NCBI GenBank assembly: GCA_948469065.1
Contig: CAOKKL010000003.1
Span: 1-32,895, forward strand
Length of the DNA: 32,895 nt
Source of the DNA: an uncultured Mycoplasmatota bacterium
Lineage (GTDB): Bacteria; Bacillota_I; Bacilli_A; RF39; UBA660
Direction: 5' to 3'
This document shows, piece by piece, positions 18,994 to 26,738 of this stretch. The notes beneath the pieces were generated by a model. It did no database searches, had not been told where the DNA came from, and saw only the letters and a program-made list of their open reading frames with translations. The first letter of the stretch is position 1. The number at the start of each line of letters is the position of its first letter. Made by a program: the position numbers and the translations under genes.

Positions 18994-19505
18994 TCTATCA
19001 CTCTTCCTAAAATTCCGTAAGATAAAATTAGCATGATAATTCCTGCTAGTAAGACACCAAAAACAGCTGCTAGAAGGGATTTTTTCTTATCAAGATTCAA
19101 TAGTGCTGCTATTAAACAACCCGTCCATGCTCCGGTTCCAGGAAGAGGAATTCCTACAAATAAAAATAATCCCCAATATTTTAATTTTTCGATTTGTTCT
19201 TTTTTGGAATTTGCTTTTTTTTCACACCAAGTAACAAACTTTCCTACTCCAGGCCATTTTCTCATGTATCGAAATAATGGGTTAATCAACCACAAAATAA
19301 ATGGAATTGGAAGTAAATTTCCTAATAAACAAATTCCATAACTTTGCCACATGGGAAGACCTAGGATACTAGCAGCAAGTAGTCCTCCTCGTAATTCTAA
19401 AATTGGAATCATCGAAATAAAAAATATAATGAAATATTTTCCCATCATTGTTCCAGCCCAAGCTCCAAACAAGCTTACTACAAATTTTGTTATTTTATCC
19501 GTCAT
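18990..19505 (-). CDS. Small multi-drug export family (COG2426-like) membrane protein
   Basis: SMIPILELRGG, GNLLPIPF, FVGIPLPGTGAWTG. Confidence 0.9.
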   Translation of the reverse strand: MTDKITKFVVSLFGAWAGTMMGKYFIIFFISMIPILELRGGLLAASILGLPMWQSYGICLLGNLLPIPFILWLINPLFRYMRKWPGVGKFVTWCEKKANSKKEQIEKLKYWGLFLFVGIPLPGTGAWTGCLIAALLNLDKKKSLLAAVFGVLLAGIIMLILSYGILGRVIE

Positions 19506-19712
19506 ATTATTTTGCTCCTTATTTTTTTATTATATCATGTATCTTGCATTCTAAAAAGAAAAGAAGCGATTGTATTTATTGTATATGAATAAATGATTGG
19601 TTTCTTTCATTTTTTTGAAAATTATTTTACTTTCTTTTTACATATCAAACATCATTTTATCCATCTAAGATTTTTTTATAGGAATGTATTTAATCATTTT
19701 ATATTTTAATAT

Positions 19713-19847
19713 AAAAAAGAAAAGAAGATGATTCCTTCTTTTCCAAAGTGTGAGTTTGAGTTTATATGTTATTTATATTGTATAGAGTTTTTATATATTC
19801 ATAAATATATTTCATAGCTTACTTTAAATTATCACTTCTCCTTTCGT
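19713..19847 (-). ncRNA. Candidate small RNA (or small-peptide mRNA), about 135 nt
   Basis: -10 TAAGAT (19859-19854) preceded by phased repeats; ends in hairpin GAAAAGAAG/CTTCTTTTC plus a U-run (19713-19743). Confidence 0.45.
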
Positions 19848-19870
19848 AGTTTTATCTTACTAAATTTTTA

Positions 19871-19896
19871 TGAAGTTTGTGTGAAGTCCCAGTGAA
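19871..19896 (-). promoter_or_regulatory. OmpR-family-type direct-repeat binding site
   Basis: TGAA at 19871, 19882 and 19893 (minus strand TTCAC, TTCAC, TTCAT), exact 11-bp phasing. Confidence 0.6.
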
Positions 19897-19914
19897 AGAA
19901 TAGCAAACTTTACA

Positions 19915-21315
19915 CTACTTTTTTTTCTTTTCTTTTTGACATTTAAAATAAAAATTTGTTCCTTTTCCTTTTTCACTTTTTACGCCATATTCATAATGAT
20001 GTTTTTCTAATATATTTTTTACAATCGATAATCCAATTCCAGTTCCAACAATATTTCTTTGATGATTTTTTTCATTTTTATAATATTTATCCCAAATTAA
20101 ATTAATTTCTTCTGGGTCAATTCCTTTTCCACTATCCATGATTTCAATTAAATATTTACTTTTTTCTTCGGTAATACATATCTTCACCGTTTTATTTTCT
20201 CCAGTATAATTGATGGCATTATTAATTAAATTATAGATAACTTGGTTAATTTTATTTTTATCTGCCGTTATAAAAGCTTGAGGTGGCATTTCTATAATAA
20301 ATTTATAATTTTCCGTTTCTTTCATAATTTCATAACGCTTTAGTATTTCTTTAATTTCTTTTGTTAAATCAAAGGTTTCTTTTTTTAAAATATCAGCATC
20401 TGCTTGCATTTTGGATAAATTTAAAATATCGTTTACTAATACATTTAAGCGATCGGTTTCTGAAATAATGATGTTTAAATGTTCTTGTCTTTTTTGTTCA
20501 TCTTGAAATGAGATATCACGTATCATTTCAGCGTAAGCTTTTATCATCGTAAGTGGTGTTTTTAAATCATGAGAGACATTTGCCATCAAATCTCTTCTTA
20601 GTTCATCCGTTTTAAAAAGTTCTTTTTGAGCATTGTTTAAATTTTCCGCTAAATCATCAATTTCTAAGATTCCATTTTTTTCAAATTGGATTTCATGATT
20701 CCCATATCCAAGTTTCTTAGCTTTTTCAGATATGTCAATAATTGGTTTGGTAATTTTATGGGATAAAAAATAAGCAATCGCACAAGAAAAGATAATAGCA
20801 ATAAATGTTAAATATATTAGTTGTTGTTTTAACACAATCGACGCATTACTTAAATCTTCTAATGTACTATAAATATAAATATATCCATTATTTTTTTGAA
20901 TTCCATATAAGTAAGCTTTGGCTTTGTACTCTTGATTTACCAAGCGAATTGCTTGCGTCTTATTTCCTGATTTTATGATTTCTAATTTTGCTTTATTAAT
21001 ATCTTGATTGTCTTTTCCAAGTTCGCAACCAATCATTCTTGTATTATATCCAATGGTTTCATAAGAAGTGATGTATTCAATACACACTTCGTTTTCGTAT
21101 GCAATTTTTTCTAAGTTTTCTGCTAATTTATATTCATTGGATTGTTCTACGGAAAGTGCTAATTTATCAATTGTTTTTACTTGAAGATACTCATAAGATA
21201 CGGTTAAATAAACGATTTGAAAAAACCAAAGAAGTAAAAGAATAGATACACTAAATAAAACTAAGTAAAGTAAAACTTTAAAATTTAAACTACTTGTTTT
21301 TTTCTTTGTATTCAA
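19915..21315 (-). CDS. Sensor histidine kinase (TM-HAMP-HisKA-HATPase)
   Basis: NVSHDLKTPLT, NLINNAINY, DSGKGI, GTGIGLSIV. Confidence 0.96.
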   Translation of the reverse strand: MNTKKKTSSLNFKVLLYLVLFSVSILLLLWFFQIVYLTVSYEYLQVKTIDKLALSVEQSNEYKLAENLEKIAYENEVCIEYITSYETIGYNTRMIGCELGKDNQDINKAKLEIIKSGNKTQAIRLVNQEYKAKAYLYGIQKNNGYIYIYSTLEDLSNASIVLKQQLIYLTFIAIIFSCAIAYFLSHKITKPIIDISEKAKKLGYGNHEIQFEKNGILEIDDLAENLNNAQKELFKTDELRRDLMANVSHDLKTPLTMIKAYAEMIRDISFQDEQKRQEHLNIIISETDRLNVLVNDILNLSKMQADADILKKETFDLTKEIKEILKRYEIMKETENYKFIIEMPPQAFITADKNKINQVIYNLINNAINYTGENKTVKICITEEKSKYLIEIMDSGKGIDPEEINLIWDKYYKNEKNHQRNIVGTGIGLSIVKNILEKHHYEYGVKSEKGKGTNFYFKCQKEKKKK

Positions 21316-21976
21316 ATTTATAACCTACTTTTCGAATCGTGGTAATAAAATCACGATATTTTCCTAATTGATTTCGTAATGTTTTTACATGTGTATCAAC
21401 AGTTCTATCATCTCCATAAAAATCATATCCCCATATATTTGTTAAAAGTTGTTCTCGGGTTAAGGCAATGTTTTTATTTTCAATAAAATATTTTAACAAT
21501 TCATATTCTTTCGGTGTTAAATTAATTTTTTGATGATCAACAGTTACTTCATGAGCAGTAATATCAATTTTTAAACCATCAAATTCATAGGTATCTGGAT
21601 TCATATTTTTTTCATTACGCTTCGTAATTGCTTTAATCCGAGCAACCAATTCTTTTGGACTAAAAGGTTTACTCATATAATCATCAATGCCTATTTCAAA
21701 ACCGAGTAATTTATCAATTTCATCTTGACGTGCAGATAACATCAAACATGGAATATCTTTGATTTTTTTGATTTCTTTAATGGATTGATATCCATCCATT
21801 TTCGGCATCATAATATCCATAATAATAAAATCTGGTAGCTCTTTTTCAACCATTTCTTTTGCTATTAATCCATTTTCAGCTTCTAAAACTTCATATCCTT
21901 CCATTTTTAAATATTCTTTAATAACTTCACGAATTAATACTTCATCGTCACATATTAAAACTTTGATAAGAATCAC
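21290..21976 (-). CDS. OmpR/PhoB family response regulator
   Basis: LICDDE, MDIMMPKMDG, KPFS, LTPKEYELL, RTVDTHVKTLR, GYKF; the true start may be ATC at 21967. Confidence 0.96.
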   Translation of the reverse strand: MILIKVLICDDEVLIREVIKEYLKMEGYEVLEAENGLIAKEMVEKELPDFIIMDIMMPKMDGYQSIKEIKKIKDIPCLMLSARQDEIDKLLGFEIGIDDYMSKPFSPKELVARIKAITKRNEKNMNPDTYEFDGLKIDITAHEVTVDHQKINLTPKEYELLKYFIENKNIALTREQLLTNIWGYDFYGDDRTVDTHVKTLRNQLGKYRDFITTIRKVGYKFEYKEKNK

Positions 21977-21992
21977 CTCTCGTTTCTTTAAT

Positions 21993-22022
21993 ATTATAGC
22001 AAAATTGTGAAATTAAAATGAA
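21993..22022 (-). promoter_or_regulatory. Two-component operon promoter with a putative autoregulatory direct repeat
   Basis: TGn-TATAAT (21998-21993); TGAA at 22008 and 22019 (11-bp phase; minus strand TTTCAT...TTTCAC). Confidence 0.6.
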
Positions 22023-22112
22023 ATTTATAAAAAAAAGAAGAATTTTTTCTTCCTTTTTCACAAAATTATTTTTATCATTGTAAATCTATTTATTTTAATT
22101 CATTTTTTTGTT

Positions 22113-22856
22113 TTAATCTTCTAATTCAACGTTATGATAAATTTCAGTAACATCTTCAATTTCATCTAGCATTTTGTAAAGTTTTTGAAAAGTTTCTAAA
22201 TCTTCTTGTTCTAACTTGACTTTATCTTTTGGATACATTCCAATTTCATCTAATTCATAAGTAGCATTGGGAATTATTTGCTCGATTGCATCTTTTACTT
22301 TATTATGATCCGTTGGTTTTACGGTGATAATGATTTCACCATTTTCATTTTCAAAGTCAATAAAATCAATATTGTTTTCAACTAAAGCATTAAATAATTC
22401 TTCTTCTTTGTCACTTTTGACACTTATAATAGCTAAATAATCATAATTATAAGAAACTGAGTTGGTTACTCCTAAAGATTTATGTACTTTATTAAAAGCA
22501 GCTCTTACAAAACCAACTGTACGATTTACATTATCCGTAAGCGTTTTAATAATTAAAGTAGAAGCACCAGGCCCAAATCCTTCATAGATTACGGTTTCAT
22601 AATCTTCTCCTCCAGCACCTTTGGCTTTATCAATAGCCCGATTGATAATATCATTTGGAACTTGTTCTTTTTTCGCTTTTTCTACAATTCGCTTTAAGGA
22701 AACATTACTTTCAATTTCTGGAGTTCCTTTTGTGGCTGCTAAGTAAATTTCTTTGGCATAGGTAGAATATAATTTTGCTTTGGCAGCTCCAGATTTTTGA
22801 ATACTTGCTTTTCTTACTTCATAAGCTCTACCAAATAGTTGAATATTTAATTTCAT
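22113..22856 (-). CDS. yebC: YebC/PmpR (TACO1) family protein with an 8-aa N-terminal extension
   Basis: GRAYEVRK, AKKEQVPNDIINRAIDKA, YEGFGPG, LTDNVNRT, EDVTEIYHN; RBS AAAGGTG before ATG 22856. Confidence 0.95.
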   Translation of the reverse strand: MKLNIQLFGRAYEVRKASIQKSGAAKAKLYSTYAKEIYLAATKGTPEIESNVSLKRIVEKAKKEQVPNDIINRAIDKAKGAGGEDYETVIYEGFGPGASTLIIKTLTDNVNRTVGFVRAAFNKVHKSLGVTNSVSYNYDYLAIISVKSDKEEELFNALVENNIDFIDFENENGEIIITVKPTDHNKVKDAIEQIIPNATYELDEIGMYPKDKVKLEQEDLETFQKLYKMLDEIEDVTEIYHNVELED

Positions 22857-22887
22857 ATAAACACCTTTTCTCTCGTTATTTAGTATA

Positions 22888-23943
22888 CTACAAAAATTTT
22901 AAACTTCCTACAAAATCATATACAAAATGTTGTTTTTTATTTGCTTTTTTTAAATAAGCAATTACTTTTCTAACATTATAAATTTGATAGTAATATATTT
23001 TTTCTTTTTCCATAATATATTCTATTGCTTTGATAACTGTTTCTCGTATGGATTTTGTTCGAAAGAAATTTTTTACTCTTCGATAATTTCTTTCCTCAAT
23101 TTTTCTCGTAATAAATTTAAAATAAAAATCAGATTTTTTATAAAAAGTATATTTATAACCATCATAGTTTTTTAAGACTCTTAAAGTATCATAATATCCC
23201 ATGTAAATGTTATCTCTTATTTTTTCTTCTTTGATACCTATGATTGGTCCGACACTTCTAGAAGGCTTTATCATGGTTATGTCTATTTTTTTCTTTAGTT
23301 TTCTTGTAATGTTAACACTTAGTCCAATATTAACCCGCACAACGTAAACTTTTGTATATCCTTTGTCAATTAGCATATTGACAGGACTGTTGTCGTAAAA
23401 TCCACCGTCAATATAAAAATTGCCATCTACGGTTTTTTTCATACGAAATAAAGGTAAATAACAGCTCGCCAAAATATATTCATGAATTTTTCCTGGTTTC
23501 ATATCTTCTTTAAATAAATACATGGGTTTCATTTCATTTAGTTTTACGGTACATAATCCAAAATCTTTAGAACTATTTATTAATTCTTCTTCATTAATAT
23601 GTTCTTTTAATATTTCTTCTAAACCTTCGGTTCTTACTCCTCGATTTTTTAAAATTTTCAATCCTTGTTTTAAAGTTAAACGTACCATTTTGAAATTGAA
23701 TTCTCTTTTTTTTACTTTTTGCATATATTCTTCATCAAATCCTAAGACGGACGATACGTTCACGGTTTGCCAAAATTCTAATAATTCTTCTTCTTTTCCA
23801 CAAGCAAGCATAGCACTATTAAAAGAACCAATACTTGTGCCACAAAATCCGTCAAATAAAATTCCACAATCTTTCATGGCATAGTAAGCTCCTATTTGGT
23901 AAGAACCTTTCGTTCCTCCCCCTTCTAATGCAAGTCCAATCAC
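22888..23943 (-). CDS. Patatin-like phospholipase
   Basis: LALEGGGTKG, GTSIG, DGG; probable start is GTG 23943 overlapping the ZIP stop (GTGA), not 24021. Confidence 0.92.
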   Translation of the reverse strand: MIGLALEGGGTKGSYQIGAYYAMKDCGILFDGFCGTSIGSFNSAMLACGKEEELLEFWQTVNVSSVLGFDEEYMQKVKKREFNFKMVRLTLKQGLKILKNRGVRTEGLEEILKEHINEEELINSSKDFGLCTVKLNEMKPMYLFKEDMKPGKIHEYILASCYLPLFRMKKTVDGNFYIDGGFYDNSPVNMLIDKGYTKVYVVRVNIGLSVNITRKLKKKIDITMIKPSRSVGPIIGIKEEKIRDNIYMGYYDTLRVLKNYDGYKYTFYKKSDFYFKFITRKIEERNYRRVKNFFRTKSIRETVIKAIEYIMEKEKIYYYQIYNVRKVIAYLKKANKKQHFVYDFVGSLKFL

Positions 23944-24710
23944 ATTATCACCATGAGTAAGGTTAATATTACTCCGAATCCCATTCCATAATAAATAAAT
24001 TTTTCTTTTCGATTCATCCAAATTTCTTTTAAAAGTTCAAATATTGCAATGTATAGTAACATTCCAAAAGTAACACACAATAAAAATGATAATACGTTTT
24101 TAGAAATCTCTTTGTTCAATAAAAATAAAATAAATGCTCCAAGAAAACTAGATATGGTTAAGAAAAACATAGTAAGAAATTTTGTTTTCTTTTTGGTTTT
24201 ACTATAACCCATTCCCATTGCAATTTCTATTCCCAAAGGAATATTATGTATAGATACGGCCAAAGACATCATTAATCCTGTTTTATAGTCTGTTAAACTA
24301 GTAACATAAATTGACATTCCTTCTATAATATTATGAAGAATTAATGACAGGGAAGTAATAAATCCTATGTGAAATAAATGTTCATTGTGTTCCACATTAT
24401 TTTTTTCATTTTCTTTATGTTCATGGTGATGATGTGGAATAAAATGATCGAATAGTTTTAATAGTCCCATACCACATAATGGTAAAATGAAAATATATAT
24501 AAAGTTTTTAAAGCGAGAATAAAAGGTTACATTTTCTTTTATTTCTGGAATTATATCAAAAAAGATCATTCCCATTATTACAATGAATGCCATACCAATT
24601 GCAAAAAGAGTTAGTTGTTGTTTTTTATTGATTCGTTTCGTAATTAAAATTCCACTTAGGAAAAAAAATCCAACGAGTAAAGTTAAAAATAATCCATTTA
24701 TATTTGCCAA
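23940..24710 (-). CDS. ZIP family metal transporter
   Basis: His-rich loop PHHHHEH, LHNIIEG and IHNIPLG motifs, multiple TM segments. Confidence 0.92.
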   Translation of the reverse strand: MANINGLFLTLLVGFFFLSGILITKRINKKQQLTLFAIGMAFIVIMGMIFFDIIPEIKENVTFYSRFKNFIYIFILPLCGMGLLKLFDHFIPHHHHEHKENEKNNVEHNEHLFHIGFITSLSLILHNIIEGMSIYVTSLTDYKTGLMMSLAVSIHNIPLGIEIAMGMGYSKTKKKTKFLTMFFLTISSFLGAFILFLLNKEISKNVLSFLLCVTFGMLLYIAIFELLKEIWMNRKEKFIYYGMGFGVILTLLMVIM

Positions 24711-24766
24711 TTTAAATCACTTCCTGCCGTTATTATAACAAAATTATTGAAAAAGAAAAAGAGACT

Positions 24767-25414
24767 CTAATGAGATGGAGTCGCTTCTATTTTTAATTTT
24801 CCTCGGAATGTACCTTCGGTTAATTCAATTTGATTATTATCTGGATCATTTTCTAGCCATAAACGGAATAATAATTGGTCCGTAGTATTTGGAGCTATGG
24901 TTAAAACCGTTGAATTTAAAGTAATGTCTTCAACTGAAGTAACAGCTTTTTCTTCTTCTATTTCACTTGGTGTATCACTTCTTGTAGCATTTTCGAAATT
25001 TCCATTTGCAATTTCACTTTCTCCATTTGAAGTAATACGAACTAATTGCCATTTAAAATATTTGCTATATAAATTTTTAGATAATTGAATATCGGTTAAG
25101 TAAATATAATATTTGCCATTGACTGTTGATGTATCTGCACTTGTAACAGAAAATTCTACCTTTTCTGCTTCAGCTACTACATTAGAAGCATCTAATAATT
25201 GTAATTTAGCATTATTAATTGCGGAAGCGGTTGTAAGAGTGCTACTTAAATCTAATCTTCCAGCGGTCGTTTCATCAATTTGGCTATTTCCACTTTTATT
25301 GGCACTATAATATGCGTAACTTAAACTTACACCTAAAACGACAATGGCTACTACTAAAATGCCGATTTTAATTGCTTGATTTTTCATTACTTTTTTTTCA
25401 TTGTTTTCATTCAT
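24767..25414 (-). CDS. Secreted protein with SipW-type signal peptide (TasA/camelysin-like)
   Basis: Hydrophobic segment ending GVSLSYAYY; beta-rich body ending FRLWL...FRGKLKIEA. Confidence 0.65.
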   Translation of the reverse strand: MNENNEKKVMKNQAIKIGILVVAIVVLGVSLSYAYYSANKSGNSQIDETTAGRLDLSSTLTTASAINNAKLQLLDASNVVAEAEKVEFSVTSADTSTVNGKYYIYLTDIQLSKNLYSKYFKWQLVRITSNGESEIANGNFENATRSDTPSEIEEEKAVTSVEDITLNSTVLTIAPNTTDQLLFRLWLENDPDNNQIELTEGTFRGKLKIEATPSH

Positions 25415-25486
25415 AAGTATCTTCCCTATCTAAATAACATTATATCGAAATTTTTTTATTAATTCAATCATCTATTATTTGTATTT

Positions 25487-26134
25487 TTAAGGTTTAAAAG
25501 AAACAATATATAGTTTTTTTTCTTTTTCAATCATTATAATCGTGCCTTTATTGTCGTATCCTAAATTTGTTTCATAATCCCAAGATAATTTTATTTCATA
25601 AGCAACATATTCCGTTTCTTCCATTTGATAATTTGTTTGTTCCATCGAATCAATTGTTACTGTTTTTACTATTGGTAGTGTTTGTGTTCTTGTTTTATAG
25701 GAGTCATCTTCTACTGTTTTATAAATGGTATCTAATACTTTTGCCCGAAAAGAATTAAGGGCATTTTCATAAATATATTCTAAACCTCCAATGTCATATT
25801 TACTTACTTTATTTTGGATGGTATATAAATCAATAACAAATAATTTTGCAAGATATTTCGCATATTCTTCCATAAATTCTTCGTTCATTTCATTTTTTGA
25901 TTCCAATAATTCTTTTAGTTCTTTAAACGTGGTTGCAAATAATTCACTATCTCGATCATCTAATGTATAAAGATATCCTTCAATTTGGTTCGTTACTTTG
26001 GCTACATTGGTAATGGGATTATCTACTACTTCTACTTTTTTAAAAAACTTCGTATATAGAAAAAAACCACACCCAGCTAGAATCAGTAGAATGATGAGAG
26101 TAAAAATAATTTTATATTTTTTTTTCATTTTCAT
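25487..26134 (-). CDS. Hypothetical membrane-anchored protein
   Basis: Basic N-terminus plus one TM helix and a soluble C-domain. Confidence 0.7.
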   Translation of the reverse strand: MKMKKKYKIIFTLIILLILAGCGFFLYTKFFKKVEVVDNPITNVAKVTNQIEGYLYTLDDRDSELFATTFKELKELLESKNEMNEEFMEEYAKYLAKLFVIDLYTIQNKVSKYDIGGLEYIYENALNSFRAKVLDTIYKTVEDDSYKTRTQTLPIVKTVTIDSMEQTNYQMEETEYVAYEIKLSWDYETNLGYDNKGTIIMIEKEKKLYIVSFKP

Positions 26135-26241
26135 TTTTGGATCGCCTCTTTATTTCTCTTAAAGTCCATTATATCATGAGTTATTTTGTTTATCAAATTC
26201 CTTTTATGTGATATTATGTAGGAAAAATAAAAGGAGTTTTT

Positions 26242-26652
26242 ATGAAAGTAATTACAATCAAACAGCCTTTTGCAACTTTAATTGTAGAAGGAATAAAAGA
26301 GTATGAATTTCGAACTTGGAGAACAAATTATCGTGGAGAAATTTTGATTCATGCTGGAAAAAGTGTAGATAAAAAAGCTATGAAAAAGTTTGAACATTAT
26401 GGCTTTACATACCCACGTGGTTGTATTATCGGTAAAGCCTTTTTAACAGATTGTATTTTTATAGATGATAAAGCAAGAAAAATGCTACAAAACAAACATA
26501 ATCTTGTTTATGAAAGTATTATTCGGCATACTGATTGGAATGGGTATGGTTTTCAATTAGAAAAGGTTGAAAAAATAAAGCCAATTGAAATGAATGGACA
26601 TTTAAGTTTGTGGAATTATGATGATAAAGAATCAATAATGATTTCAAAATAG
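26242..26652 (+). CDS. ASCH domain protein (ASC-1-like)
   Basis: TIKQPFATLIVEGIKEYEFR, YRGEILIHAG, GCIIG, GHLSLW. Confidence 0.92.
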   Translation: MKVITIKQPFATLIVEGIKEYEFRTWRTNYRGEILIHAGKSVDKKAMKKFEHYGFTYPRGCIIGKAFLTDCIFIDDKARKMLQNKHNLVYESIIRHTDWNGYGFQLEKVEKIKPIEMNGHLSLWNYDDKESIMISK

Positions 26653-26669
26653 TAAAAAAGATTATAAAT

Positions 26670-26705
26670 AAAAAAAGAAGAGTTTTCTACGAACTTTTCT
26701 TTTTT
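26670..26705. terminator. Bidirectional terminator between ASCH and htpG
   Basis: AAAAAAGAAGAGTT...AACTTTTCTTTTTT. Confidence 0.65.
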
Positions 26706-26738
26706 GTCTTTTTTATATTTCTATTTTTAAGTAGTCTT

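Noticed and set aside
12598-19767. Shared GAGTTTG/GAGTTTATAT words in two intergenic regions as an sRNA family
   Set aside because: A 10-nt match between AT-rich regions of this size is expected by chance.
26242-26652. ASCH gene as the partner of PIN-GNAT-EVE
   Set aside because: It is about 23 kb away among housekeeping genes and looks ASC-1-like; nothing links the two.
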